A stretch of 64,000 nucleotides of DNA from an uncultured virus (IMG/VR IMGVR_UViG_3300033753_000202) (lineage: Duplodnaviria; Heunggongvirae; Uroviricota; Caudoviricetes), in IMG/VR virus record IMGVR_UViG_3300033753_000202. The stretch is one strand, 5' to 3'. Position numbers and translations under genes: made by a program. Numbering within the stretch: the stretch's first letter is position 1; each line of letters begins with the position of its first letter. This document shows positions 1 through 10,301 of this stretch, in pieces. The notes under the pieces are model-generated. The model did no database searches. It saw only the letters and a program-made list of their open reading frames with translations, and had not been told where the DNA came from.

Positions 1-5
1 TCTAC

Positions 6-3000
6 TTGCAAATCGCTATCGAGGAGCATTCCAACGCTCTTGGAACTGTACCCACTTTTGAGGTGGGTTTGAGTGACGCTTCCTCGAAGCAGATCGCCAA
101 AGCGACGGCTTCTCCTTCCAATTACAATGAAGAAAAGCAAGCCTATGAGTTGGCGTTCCAGCTTCCTTCGGCGTTGAAGGAAGGAGATACGTACCATATC
201 ACTCTCTTGTCTGCCAGCCCGGAAGTTAAGGGGTTGTATTACTACACGGAAACTCGTACTCCGCTCAATGAGTTGGAAGACGAGATCGAGTGGCATGAGT
301 GGAGAGCGGATGTGAATGAGTATATCCCGGTAACGCTGGATTCCAAGCAGTTCTACGACATGGATGACAATCCTTCCTATCGTGGGGTATTGGCTTCGAA
401 GGGTAACCCGCTTCGTATGGTGCTGACCCTTCAAAAGGATGTCACGGTCTTCTACTTGAAGGATACGAACGGGAATCCGCTCAAGAATCAGCCTTTTACC
501 ATTGTGCATGATGGGAAGAAGGTCGAACTGAAGTCGGACGATAAAGGTGTGGCAACCATTAAGACGAAGAGCCTTCCAAGTGCATCTTTTGCGGTCATTA
601 CGGAAGGTCGTCTTGCCGCTACGCAAGATCCGAAGCAAGTAAAGTCCACCACGGGTTATCATACGGTATCCTTGATGAATCTCAATAATAGTTACGGTAT
701 TGAGACGGTCAACCTTCTGTATCACCCACCGGGGGTAACTGCTCAACTGGGTGAGAACGATGAGGTTGTGGAGGACGATTCCGTTGCTTTCACGATCACC
801 ACAACCAATGATCTCAACGGTACCACGAACTTGAGCGATAAGTGGGGTAACGCTTCGCTTGATCTGACGAACAGCGAAGGTAACACTTTTACTTTCTCTC
901 TGACGGAGAAAGAGCAAACCTTCTATCTCCCGGCTGGTGAGTACAAGGTATCTGTTACGTCGGAAAATGCTAACGCCAAGCTCTCGGTGCAAACGTTGAA
1001 GTTGGAGAAGGGTAAGAAAGCCACTATCGGTGTCACCCTCACTCCGAAGTATATCCTGTCTGTTGACAAGGATGGTAGGTTGTTCAACTTCAAGTTTTTG
1101 AATGTTGATTCTCTCGCTGATACGAAGTTCTCCGGCACTGATGCAAAGACTTTCGCAGTCTCTGCTGGCGAAGTGTATATGGTGCAGGACATCGACTCGG
1201 GTAAAGTGAACACGGTTGTTATCGCATCGGATCAAACACTCACTAAGCTCGTTCTGGGTGCTGGGGTAGTGTTTGGGGGTACGGTGACGACGCCGCATAC
1301 GGGTGACGACATCGTCTTCCTGATCATTCTCTTGGTTTTCTCGGCTCTGCTTGCGGGTGGTTTCTATTTCTTGCATTGGAAAAAGAAGAAAACACTGACT
1401 TTCGCAAAGCAAGCTCTGTCTATTCTTCTTGTTGCCACACTTATTGGCGGAATTTTCCCGGTTTATCCGCAACAAGTTTATGCTGAAGATGGACAAACGT
1501 CGGGTGGTTCTCGCGGCGATGAGCAGTCGGGTAAGACGAAAGCTCCGGCTGAAAGCATTAAGACCAGCAACCTCATCTCGATCATCCAAGTAGGCTTCCG
1601 TCCTGCCGATGATGACAACAATAACTTCATCTGGGGCGACAAAAAGGCGGAGTACTTTGCAGAGGAAGCCTATAATGGTACTCGCTATATCTTTACGGAT
1701 AAGGCGTATAATGGTTATTTCTACGTTGCAACGACACCTGAGTCACATGAAATCCTGACTTCAAATCGTGTGTCGCTTTATACTTTCGACTGGGCGGCGA
1801 AGCGTCCTGTTCTGGAGTTCGGTACGGATGGCAACTCAATTGTTGGGGGTAGCTCCGTCAGAAAAGGTTCCAATGCGGACTTCCAGAAGCGGGTAATCAA
1901 AGATATCAATTCTAGCAACCAGTTTGTCGCTTTGATTCGGAAGGCGATCCAAAAGCAAGGCGGGTATGACAATAGTCATCGCGCTTGGGTCGGACCGAAT
2001 AGCGCTAGCACAATGACGCTTGGTGAAGCCCTTCAAGAAGCTTACATGGAGCAAATGAGAGAGTACTTTAATCTGGATGATAAAATCGCGGAGGAGTTCG
2101 AAAAATACCGCGAGGATGCAAGGAATCTTCAGGAGGAGCTTATCGCTGAGCTTAAAGAGCTTCAAACTGTTGAGTCGAAAATTTACCTTTCTCTTTTGAT
2201 GCGTGACTATTTCAGCGTGCTTCTTAACTTGCAAAAGTACACTGATCTGGCGAAAATGGTAGAGGCAAAGGGTGAAAAGTACAATTATTTGCTCAACCGG
2301 GGTAGTGAGGAAAGTGAATCGTCGTACAGATACGCTCAAATGCGTAAGTATGCGTCTTCTTCTATCGAGTTTCAAGAGGCTGTGTTCAAGGATTACTTAA
2401 AGCTCCTTGATGAGTCTGGAGTACGTGAGATGAAAGATCTTGCCGATCATTATCGCGCTAGCTTCTCTGGTAAGAACATGATCCTTTTCGCTCAAATGGT
2501 TCCCGGTTTCTATCGTACTGAGGGTGGCGGTAAGCGCACTACCAGTGACCCGGTAGCCTTGTTCCCGATGCAGGAAGCGGTTGAGTGGTTTCTCGCTGGT
2601 ATGATTAAACATGCTGGTGAAGAAGGGACTTATCAACCGGCTTACAAGGCGTCTTCCAGCCCGGAACAATGGAAGAACTATGGTAGCACAAAGAAATGGA
2701 CGTCTCAAAACCCGTCTCGTCAATCCGAAGTGGTTTGGGGTACCGAACGTCGGGGTACTTCGGCTTCGGCGGCTGTGGCGAAGGACGCGCCGACTTTCAC
2801 CTTTATCGGTAATGCCCGCGAAACTTTTGCTGGCGCTCTCCGGGTGAATACGAAGGAAGTTCCGGCACTTCCGAACCCGTATCAAAACGTCTACCCGGTG
2901 AATGGGCAAAAGAGCAACCCGACTGCAGGTTGGTCATTCCTCCAATGGTACGGTCACGAAGCAGAATTCAAACCGCAGTATAAGACCTATGTCCATTATG

Positions 3001-5309
3001 TTCAGTTCAATGGTAAATTAACTGAAGATGGTGGACGTATTAAGATCCCTCTTGATGGTATCGAGTATGTCGAAGAGCGTTCAGACCTCTCCGGTAAGTT
3101 GGAGGATGCCGCATCGCCTAATTTTAATGGGATGTTGGTAGGGAGTATCACCACATCTTACGTTACACCTGAAGGAGATTCGTTCGTAATTTTCCCTCAG
3201 ATTGAAGGGAAGCTTGAACCGATTGTAAGGGTTTATGATGAGGCGGATGAAGAGCATCTTACGGCTAGGTTCAGTCCGAATAAATCTGGGGAATCCAATC
3301 CAAACTGGGGTACTGTTGTTGTGGAGGATGGGAAGTTTAGTTTCATGTTTGGCACACATATCCCTAGCGCGGATACACTTTACACTTATCTCGGCGGGCG
3401 TGATGTTGAGCAAGCGAACGGTGTAACGAATAAGTACTACAATCGTACTGTGGAGGACGCTAGTGGTGTTGTTCGTAGTTACTCCAATGCACGTATTGAT
3501 GTGTATATCCCGGTTGTGTTTGTTAAGGAGGGGTGCAAAGACAATCCGAACGACCCGACTTGTCCGCAACCGAAGGACTTGTTGAATGACGTTCCGCAGT
3601 GGCGTTTGTCGAAGTTCTTCTCGATGCCTGACGCTAGTGTACCTGCTTATGTGACTTTGAGTCGACCGAATGGGTACAGTGGTTACGTCGCTACACGCTA
3701 TAATGCGTCGCATACGTTGGCAACTCCGATTCTGGAGCAACCGTCTTGGCTCCAAGCCATCAACCGAGTAGTTGGGGGTACTCCGAGTCTCATTCGGGAT
3801 GTATCTACTTCGCAAGTCTTCAATGTTTACGGCGATTTCCTTGCGGTTCGTCATAATACGGATGTAGACAATATCCGTTTGGCGTCGTGGCTTGGAATCA
3901 GCAACTTGTTCGATTCTCGGATCACGTCGACTTCGCAAGGACAACCGGGTGCGACGGATCGCGTTACGGTGAAGCAGTTGGTGCAACTTCCGGTTAAGCC
4001 GAATTATCCGGCACCTATGTGGCATTACACCTACACTTACGCTTGTGGGGAGGGTTCGGTTTGCATAGGGCGTGGTTCCGCTCCAATGATCATGGGGGAA
4101 ATCCCCGGTTCACTGGATCTGAGCGTGCGGTTCAATCGTTATCGTCCGGCTGAATCGAATAAGCAACACAATATCAGTCCGACCACCACTTCGGTCGACG
4201 GTTTGTATACCGAGACTAAGGTGGAAAATACGACGCTCAAGGTCAACCCTGAAGTTGCGATGGTGTTCTCGGACATAAGCGGTAATTCGGGGGTATCGTT
4301 CGCGGCGGCTGACCGTTTGCGGGAGATCAAGCCTGTGACCTATAATACGATTCGTTATCGCAACCCGGTTATCTCTCCGCAAGTCAATGGTCTGTCGGTA
4401 GCAACTGATCCGAAGGCAAGCGATCTGGCGACTCGTCTTAACGCCAGCGGTACCGATGTCATTTACAAGGGTTCGGCTACGACCAACAGCGTTGCGGCTG
4501 AGGGGGTAGTTGAGTTCAAGACCTATGCACTTGATATTGGTAACACGCCGCTCAAGCAAGCATGGAATCCGGGAACGTCTTACAACACGCAAGCGATCAA
4601 TCGAGAGTTTCTCTCCCGCTTCCTGACCTTTAACGATGCGACAGGTAAATGGGAGGCTACTTTCAATACCCACGGCAAGTACCTCATTAACAATGCGGAC
4701 GTAGGCGGTGTTGCGGGTATGCAACGCGTGGAGCAAGACGGTACGCCGACTTCTCCGGTAGTGCATACGCTTGAAATTCGTGGTGGACGTTTGGTGGGGG
4801 TAGACGGCAACCGCGATCTCAGTAAGGTGAATCCGGAACTTATGGAAGCTCTCAAGCAAATGGGTATCACGCCGGATAATAAAGGCATCTTTGTCCAATT
4901 TGAGTCCGGTACTGGCGCTCAGCTTACCGATGAGATGAAGTCGGTGTACGATATGGTGAACCAAGCTCGCGGTGTAGAAGACTGGCGTTCGGGTCGTCCT
5001 TGGTATAATGAGGACACCACGGTCTTGGTGGTTCATGAGTACACTACGATCTTCCAAATCCCGGACTTCACTTACAGCGATAAGATCCCGATGTCCATTC
5101 AAGGTATTGAAAGTCCAGCGGATAAGAACGACTTCTTCTCCAAGGGGTATGCTGGACATATGGAGGTTCGTTACTCCATCGCGGGTCGTCCTTCGGGTGA
5201 AGCGTTCATGACGGCGAATACGCAAAAAGGTCACAATGTCAGCAGTACGAAGCCGTTGTTCTCCGTACCGAACGTTTCGGTTCAGGATACCTTCAGCACT
5301 GTCCGATAA
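6..5309 (+). CDS. Very large surface/secreted protein (5' end probably outside the window) with an internal LPXTG-like sorting signal and a second signal peptide
   Basis: 1767-aa ORF open almost from the window edge. Beta-rich Ig/Cna-like N-terminal part, then TPHTG + hydrophobic helix + KKKK, then a second hydrophobic helix ending VYA|E, then about 1270 aa of extracellular-like sequence. Confidence 0.8.
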   Translation: MQIAIEEHSNALGTVPTFEVGLSDASSKQIAKATASPSNYNEEKQAYELAFQLPSALKEGDTYHITLLSASPEVKGLYYYTETRTPLNELEDEIEWHEWRADVNEYIPVTLDSKQFYDMDDNPSYRGVLASKGNPLRMVLTLQKDVTVFYLKDTNGNPLKNQPFTIVHDGKKVELKSDDKGVATIKTKSLPSASFAVITEGRLAATQDPKQVKSTTGYHTVSLMNLNNSYGIETVNLLYHPPGVTAQLGENDEVVEDDSVAFTITTTNDLNGTTNLSDKWGNASLDLTNSEGNTFTFSLTEKEQTFYLPAGEYKVSVTSENANAKLSVQTLKLEKGKKATIGVTLTPKYILSVDKDGRLFNFKFLNVDSLADTKFSGTDAKTFAVSAGEVYMVQDIDSGKVNTVVIASDQTLTKLVLGAGVVFGGTVTTPHTGDDIVFLIILLVFSALLAGGFYFLHWKKKKTLTFAKQALSILLVATLIGGIFPVYPQQVYAEDGQTSGGSRGDEQSGKTKAPAESIKTSNLISIIQVGFRPADDDNNNFIWGDKKAEYFAEEAYNGTRYIFTDKAYNGYFYVATTPESHEILTSNRVSLYTFDWAAKRPVLEFGTDGNSIVGGSSVRKGSNADFQKRVIKDINSSNQFVALIRKAIQKQGGYDNSHRAWVGPNSASTMTLGEALQEAYMEQMREYFNLDDKIAEEFEKYREDARNLQEELIAELKELQTVESKIYLSLLMRDYFSVLLNLQKYTDLAKMVEAKGEKYNYLLNRGSEESESSYRYAQMRKYASSSIEFQEAVFKDYLKLLDESGVREMKDLADHYRASFSGKNMILFAQMVPGFYRTEGGGKRTTSDPVALFPMQEAVEWFLAGMIKHAGEEGTYQPAYKASSSPEQWKNYGSTKKWTSQNPSRQSEVVWGTERRGTSASAAVAKDAPTFTFIGNARETFAGALRVNTKEVPALPNPYQNVYPVNGQKSNPTAGWSFLQWYGHEAEFKPQYKTYVHYVQFNGKLTEDGGRIKIPLDGIEYVEERSDLSGKLEDAASPNFNGMLVGSITTSYVTPEGDSFVIFPQIEGKLEPIVRVYDEADEEHLTARFSPNKSGESNPNWGTVVVEDGKFSFMFGTHIPSADTLYTYLGGRDVEQANGVTNKYYNRTVEDASGVVRSYSNARIDVYIPVVFVKEGCKDNPNDPTCPQPKDLLNDVPQWRLSKFFSMPDASVPAYVTLSRPNGYSGYVATRYNASHTLATPILEQPSWLQAINRVVGGTPSLIRDVSTSQVFNVYGDFLAVRHNTDVDNIRLASWLGISNLFDSRITSTSQGQPGATDRVTVKQLVQLPVKPNYPAPMWHYTYTYACGEGSVCIGRGSAPMIMGEIPGSLDLSVRFNRYRPAESNKQHNISPTTTSVDGLYTETKVENTTLKVNPEVAMVFSDISGNSGVSFAAADRLREIKPVTYNTIRYRNPVISPQVNGLSVATDPKASDLATRLNASGTDVIYKGSATTNSVAAEGVVEFKTYALDIGNTPLKQAWNPGTSYNTQAINREFLSRFLTFNDATGKWEATFNTHGKYLINNADVGGVAGMQRVEQDGTPTSPVVHTLEIRGGRLVGVDGNRDLSKVNPELMEALKQMGITPDNKGIFVQFESGTGAQLTDEMKSVYDMVNQARGVEDWRSGRPWYNEDTTVLVVHEYTTIFQIPDFTYSDKIPMSIQGIESPADKNDFFSKGYAGHMEVRYSIAGRPSGEAFMTANTQKGHNVSSTKPLFSVPNVSVQDTFSTVR

Positions 5310-5325
5310 GGTAAACTTTCCAATG

Positions 5326-5357
5326 AGAAGCACCCTTGTGGGTGCTTCTTTTATTTT
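5326..5357 (+). terminator. Rho-independent terminator
   Basis: AGAAGCACCC-ttgt-GGGTGCTTCT followed by a T-rich tract. Confidence 0.85.
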
Positions 5358-5459
5358 GCTGATCAACTTGACCCTTTTAGACCTGAACGTTAGAATAATT
5401 TTAGGTAAATAGTTTTGGACAAGCCATCGTATAACTTTGCTTTTATACTGGAATTTGGG

Positions 5460-6137
5460 GTGATTTTATTGGAACAGGAGCAACAAGCGAAACCTAATCC
5501 GTATTATACGGAGTCTTACTTGAAATTCCATCCACCATATAAGGTTTGGGCATGTCGACGGGATCTGGTTGTACTCTCGGGAACACTTCGTTTCCTATTG
5601 ATTCAGTCACTTTTGATCGCACTTTGTTTTTATCTCTCGCGTTCGTCACTCATTATTTTTGAGGGACTTCAGAAGGGTGACGTTGGGTCAGCCGTTCCGG
5701 TGGACGCCCGCATTTTTCTTTGGTTGAGTTACGCTTCGCTTGGAGCTTTGGTTGTGTTACTTTTGCTTCTTTTCTTTGGGCGTAAGTTGCTGATTCAGGT
5801 GTTGGTGACTCGTCCAATTGTTTTAGCGTTGGAAAATAAGGACTATATGCAAGCCGTTGACCACTCGGAGATCCCGGAGGGACATAAAATAGTGAATTTC
5901 TTTAACTTTTTGCGGTACTCTCCGGTAAACTTGGATCGACTGGAGGATTTCCCGATTTTCATGGGAATCATAAAGGTAGGACTTGGGGTATGTTCGCACT
6001 TGATGATAGCGGGGTACTTGCCGTCTTTTGATCTGGAGATTTGGGCACTGGCGCTTTCATTTATGTACCTGTTTTATGTGTTTGGAATGGTGGCGTTGCA
6101 AATGTATGTAACGAATTTGCGATCAATGTTTTTCTAA
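5460..6137 (+). CDS. Hypothetical multi-pass membrane protein (start uncertain)
   Basis: ORF with about four hydrophobic segments. Confidence 0.6.
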   Translation: MILLEQEQQAKPNPYYTESYLKFHPPYKVWACRRDLVVLSGTLRFLLIQSLLIALCFYLSRSSLIIFEGLQKGDVGSAVPVDARIFLWLSYASLGALVVLLLLLFFGRKLLIQVLVTRPIVLALENKDYMQAVDHSEIPEGHKIVNFFNFLRYSPVNLDRLEDFPIFMGIIKVGLGVCSHLMIAGYLPSFDLEIWALALSFMYLFYVFGMVALQMYVTNLRSMFF

Positions 6138-6192
6138 CGACGTGATCCACCCCGCTTCAGAACGGGGTATTTTTATAACAGGAAGTGGTAGT

Positions 6193-6651
6193 ATGAGTAA
6201 GTTTCATTTTTCCTCTAAGCAGATAGGCGACTTCCCTATCCATCAGCATCGTGGAAGTCAGCCTTTTATTGACTTATTGGACGCTGTTCCGCTTGGAATT
6301 TTCAAACCGCTTTCGACTACACGTTATGCGAAGTATGTGTTTCTGACGCATTTGGCGTTGTACAGCAACACACTACCAATTAAAATTAAGGTTATTACTT
6401 TCGCTAAAGTTCTTCTATACGGTTGGCAGTCAGATCTGTCTTCTGAGGAGCGTCGTATTCTATCATTCGAAGATGCTTGTGACTTTATCGACTTTCCAGA
6501 CACGTATGTCGACTTGTTTCATAGGGACATTGTTTCTTTTGAAACGCAGTTCTTTGCGAATTTTCCTCCTGAGACACGAGAAAAACTGGTTACACTTCTG
6601 ACTTTCTTTCGCGCTTTAGCTGACTATCCAATATTCGAACAATCACATTGA
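6193..6651 (+). CDS. Hypothetical protein
   Basis: ORF; purine-rich GGAAGTGG upstream of the ATG. Confidence 0.55.
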   Translation: MSKFHFSSKQIGDFPIHQHRGSQPFIDLLDAVPLGIFKPLSTTRYAKYVFLTHLALYSNTLPIKIKVITFAKVLLYGWQSDLSSEERRILSFEDACDFIDFPDTYVDLFHRDIVSFETQFFANFPPETREKLVTLLTFFRALADYPIFEQSH

Positions 6652-6782
6652 GTTTTTGTTGGAAAATGAGGATACTTGTCCAAACTTTTTACTTAATCCG
6701 TGGACTCCCGGCTTTCCATTCTCTTTATGAGGTGGAAGCCGGGTGTGACTTTTGTTGAAGTATGTAAAGGCGGCGATGTTGG

Positions 6783-7466
6783 TTGGAACAGTTTCTTTCA
6801 TACGTATTAGGGTTAACGCCCTTTTGGGCGTACTATGCTTCCCTCTTTATCGTAGCGTTTTGGGGGTATCGCTACTTGTCGTCTTGCCTTGTAGCACATA
6901 TTACTCATTTGTATAATTTAACTCTCGATTCGAACAATCTGCTTGGTTACACGCACAAGCGGGTTGTTCGCACTTCAACTGATTTGGTTCCTCTTTCGGT
7001 TCCTTTCCTCACAGGTCGAAATATCCCCGAAGACCTTATTATTCCCCTAAAGCACTTTGCAAGAGCTAATGTACTTATCGCCGCCTATTTTGGACTGCTG
7101 TGGGTTGTGTTCAGTTGTCGTGCATTTTTGCATGGGTTTTTAGACTTAGAGATACATAAGGCGTTCGATTTCTTTTTTGTTTTTGATTTGGTGTTTTGCC
7201 TGTCGTGGTCGGCGTACTATCTGACTTTTTGGCTATTGGGCGGGGTACCGAGTTTAATCTTGTGGTGGGTTCGACTGGGGTATTCGGGTCGAAAGTCGTT
7301 GTTGGGAGTCATAAGACCTAGAATACATTTAGACGCGTTTAGAAGAATTGTGGTTTTTGTGTACACTTGGAACAATCAGTTCAAAGGGTTTGTGTACTTG
7401 TTTTATGGTCTTCCGCTCCTGATATTCCTCCTGCGGTCAGTCTTCGCAGTGTTGGGCGTCTTTTAA
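6783..7466 (+). CDS. Hypothetical membrane protein
   Basis: ORF with several hydrophobic segments; AAAGGCGG upstream. Confidence 0.6.
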   Translation: MEQFLSYVLGLTPFWAYYASLFIVAFWGYRYLSSCLVAHITHLYNLTLDSNNLLGYTHKRVVRTSTDLVPLSVPFLTGRNIPEDLIIPLKHFARANVLIAAYFGLLWVVFSCRAFLHGFLDLEIHKAFDFFFVFDLVFCLSWSAYYLTFWLLGGVPSLILWWVRLGYSGRKSLLGVIRPRIHLDAFRRIVVFVYTWNNQFKGFVYLFYGLPLLIFLLRSVFAVLGVF

Positions 7467-7518
7467 GGGGGTATTGAAATTTTCCGGGAAAATTCTGAAA
7501 TTTCTTTGGGAACACCCC

Positions 7519-7547
7519 TTGTCTTCCTTGGACTTATGAATTATAAT
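7519..7547 (+). promoter_or_regulatory. sigmaA-type promoter for the RNA array and DUF2828 gene
   Basis: TTGTCT-N17-TATAAT. Confidence 0.65.
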
Positions 7548-7558
7548 ATATACTGTAT

Positions 7559-8093
7559 TTGATGGTTTGGTACTTCGAGTCACTTCCAGCAACTTTTTTT
7601 TTATCGCATCTGAACTGCGATTCCGATTGTGTGACCGAAGAAGTACCGCCGTCAAGTACCTCGCTTTGGTTCTTTGACAATCACAAAGGTATTGGAGCTT
7701 TCGGTGACATCCAGCAACTTCTATTTTATATTTGCTTGGTGTGCAAATTTGTCGTGACCATTGTAAAGCTCCTTTACCTTTGTGGTTGCCAAAGCCTTTG
7801 GCGAGGCAACCTCCACTATTTGGGGCGCATCCAGCAATCTCTTTATTCGTTTCAACCTATGAAGGGGGCAGGTAACCGCATAAGGTCTCCTAGCTCTATG
7901 TAGTTTTTGACTTCGGGACTTTAAGGTTTCGGGGTCGAATCGCTGGTGTTTCTTTTCTGTCCGTCACCAACCCCAGCAGTGGGGGTACTGGTGGTCTGGA
8001 GTACGGCGGCGGCTCTGACAGGCACTTGGTGTCGCGCTCATCCGTTGCGCTGACGGTTTGTGAAAATGTTTCGCGCCCCAATAAATAGCTGGA
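7559..8093 (+). ncRNA. Array of three structured RNA units sharing WTCCAGCAA (candidate Y-RNA-like ligands or leader)
   Basis: Units at 7559-7655, 7659-7806 and 7812-8093 are each closed by long 5'/3' stems. CCAGCAA at 7586, 7711 and 7831 is each followed by a pyrimidine tract. Confidence 0.65.
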
Positions 8094-8108
8094 AAGGAGA
8101 AATGTTGT

Positions 8109-9608
8109 ATGTCGCAAAACTTCATCAACGCGGTTCGTCAGGTGCAGGACAACTCCACCTATACGGACAACGGAGCCTATGCGCTTAAGTCGACGGGTTC
8201 CCGCCTGTTGGACTTTTACGCAACGGCTGGTGCGCTTCGCGAACGTTCGTCGGAGGACATCGTCACGCAGTTCCGATTGGCGTTTGAAGAGAATCCTCTC
8301 TACGCTATGAAGGCGTTGTTCTACGCTCGGAACATTCGCGGAGGCTTGGGTGAGCGGGCTGTTCCGTTGACCATTTACCGCTACTTGGCGGACGCCCACC
8401 CGGATGTTCTTCGCAAGAATCTTCCGCTTCTGCCGTTCTACGGTCGGTGGAAGGACGTGTTGTCGCTGGAGCATACGGCGCTCGAAGGTGATATGTTTGA
8501 ACTGATCGCCAGCCAGCTTCAGCTCGACAAGGGTGCGATGGACAAGGGCGAATCGGTTTCACTTCTTGCGAAGTGGTTACCTCGCGCCAAGGTATCGCGG
8601 GTTGGTCGCCGTCTGGCGCGTCGTCTCGGACTGTCCTATCGGGGGTACGACAAGATGTTGTCGGCGCTCTGTCGTTATATGGACGTGGTGGAGGTCAAGA
8701 TGTCGCAAGGGCGTTGGAGCGAAATCAATTATGAACACGTTCCTTCCCGCGCGATGTTGCGGTACCGCAAGGCGTTCGGCAACCGTGACTCGGAGCGCTT
8801 CAAGTCTTATCTTGAAGCGGTTGCTTCCGGCGAGAAGAAGATCAATGCGGGTACGCTGTATCCTTACGATCTGCTTCGGAATGCGGGGTTGTCGATTGTT
8901 CGTGAGCATGCAAGCTGGTATGTACCAATGAATCTTGTTGTTCCGCATTGGGACGAGACTATCGAAGCGCAGTGGCGGAGCCTTCCGAACTACGTGGACG
9001 GCGAGTTCAATGTTTTGGTCATGGCGGACACGTCCGGTTCTATGCTGACGTTCGATGGCTTGCCGTTGTACACGTCCATCGGGCTGGCGCTGTATTTCGC
9101 GGAACGGAATAAGGGGGTATTCCACAATACCTTCATGACGTTCAGCCGCGAACCGCGTTTGGTCACGATTCAAGGTGAAACGTTGAAGGACAAGCTCTCG
9201 GACTTCCCGGTTATCGTGGATAACACGGATATCTTCAGGGCGTTCGAGCTTCTTCTGCAAACGGCGCTTCAGCACAATCTCACGCAAGAGGATTTGCCGA
9301 AGGCGGTCGTGATCATCACGGACGGTCAGTTTGATGCTCAGACGAGTGGTGGCAACTACCGGACGTTCCACAGTGTGGTGTCGGAGGAGTTCCGCAAGCA
9401 CGGTTTCGAGCTTCCGAATATCGTGTACTGGAATGTCAATTCGCGACACAACACGTTTCAAACCCACTCGATGATTCCGGGGGTTCAAATGGCTTCTGGT
9501 CATTCGCCTTCGGTCTTCAAGTCGGTACTGGACGCCATCGGTATGACGCCGTATGAAGCGATGATGAAGACGCTGAATGATCCGATCTACGACGCGGTGC
9601 AGGTCTAG
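8109..9608 (+). CDS. DUF2828-family protein (TROVE/Ro60-like helical domain + C-terminal vWA)
   Basis: Motifs TDNGA..STGS..LDF, ARNIRGGLGER, YGRWKD, LLAKWLPR, W..I.YEHVPS.AM, MIDAS-like DTSGSM, ITDGQFD, IVYWNV; RBS AAGGAG. Confidence 0.85.
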   Translation: MSQNFINAVRQVQDNSTYTDNGAYALKSTGSRLLDFYATAGALRERSSEDIVTQFRLAFEENPLYAMKALFYARNIRGGLGERAVPLTIYRYLADAHPDVLRKNLPLLPFYGRWKDVLSLEHTALEGDMFELIASQLQLDKGAMDKGESVSLLAKWLPRAKVSRVGRRLARRLGLSYRGYDKMLSALCRYMDVVEVKMSQGRWSEINYEHVPSRAMLRYRKAFGNRDSERFKSYLEAVASGEKKINAGTLYPYDLLRNAGLSIVREHASWYVPMNLVVPHWDETIEAQWRSLPNYVDGEFNVLVMADTSGSMLTFDGLPLYTSIGLALYFAERNKGVFHNTFMTFSREPRLVTIQGETLKDKLSDFPVIVDNTDIFRAFELLLQTALQHNLTQEDLPKAVVIITDGQFDAQTSGGNYRTFHSVVSEEFRKHGFELPNIVYWNVNSRHNTFQTHSMIPGVQMASGHSPSVFKSVLDAIGMTPYEAMMKTLNDPIYDAVQV

Positions 9609-9655
9609 TCCTGCGCCCGTCGGCACAATCCAACCATACCTCCCATTTTTGATAG

Positions 9656-9693
9656 GAAACCACTTCACCTTTTGGTGAGGTGGTTTCTTTTTG
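9656..9693 (+). terminator. Rho-independent terminator
   Basis: GAAACCACTTCACC-tttt-GGTGAGGTGGTTTC + T run. Confidence 0.85.
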
Positions 9694-9852
9694 CATACGT
9701 TGCTGGACTTCAGTTATAAAGGTAGTTTTCTTTCGGTCTTGAGGTAATACTTTTGCAGTTTGTTTCTCCCGGCTTGATTATCGCTTCTTTTCTCGCGTCC
9801 GGGGGTACTCTGCGGAGCGACGGTTAAATTCAAGGGGTAAGGAGGTTTCATT

Positions 9853-10278
9853 ATGGTTGAGCAAGTGGAAGGTCAGTACGCCCTCAATTTGGACGGGACG
9901 TTTTCGGTGGAGCCTGAGTCTGCGTTTTCGGGGGATTCGGAAACGGTGGTTGTGGAGGTCATTATGCGTCCTCCCCGTGATGGACAACGGGTATTGTTGT
10001 CGATAGAACTGCGGCAGTTGGCGCTTGTAGACTTGCTCCCACCTTTGACATCGGTTCGCAGTTGGGGTTCTCCATTATTGGACTTGTACTTGCACGACTT
10101 CTTTTTCACTGGTGGGTTTTATCCGCATAATATTCAGCGTACTGGGGCGTATTCGGTAACCTGCGAATTGGTGCGGTATGATGGTCGCGCTTTCTTGCCA
10201 CATGATCTTGATGTTCTGCGGGCGCAGTTGGAGCGTTGCGGTAAGGATCGTTTTGACTTTGAGCTTCGAGTTGAGTAA
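9853..10278 (+). CDS. Hypothetical protein
   Basis: ORF with AAGGAGG RBS. Confidence 0.7.
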   Translation: MVEQVEGQYALNLDGTFSVEPESAFSGDSETVVVEVIMRPPRDGQRVLLSIELRQLALVDLLPPLTSVRSWGSPLLDLYLHDFFFTGGFYPHNIQRTGAYSVTCELVRYDGRAFLPHDLDVLRAQLERCGKDRFDFELRVE

Positions 10279-10301
10279 TGATGTAAAGGAGTTGTCTATC
10301 T

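Noticed and set aside
3081..5366. Long minus-strand ORFs (also 8577-9668, 25598-26782, 56577-57569)
   Set aside because: They are antisense shadows of well-supported plus-strand genes, with no RBS or recognisable motifs.
7559..8093. CRISPR array
   Set aside because: The shared motif is only about 9 nt, spacing is irregular, and there are no cas genes in the window.
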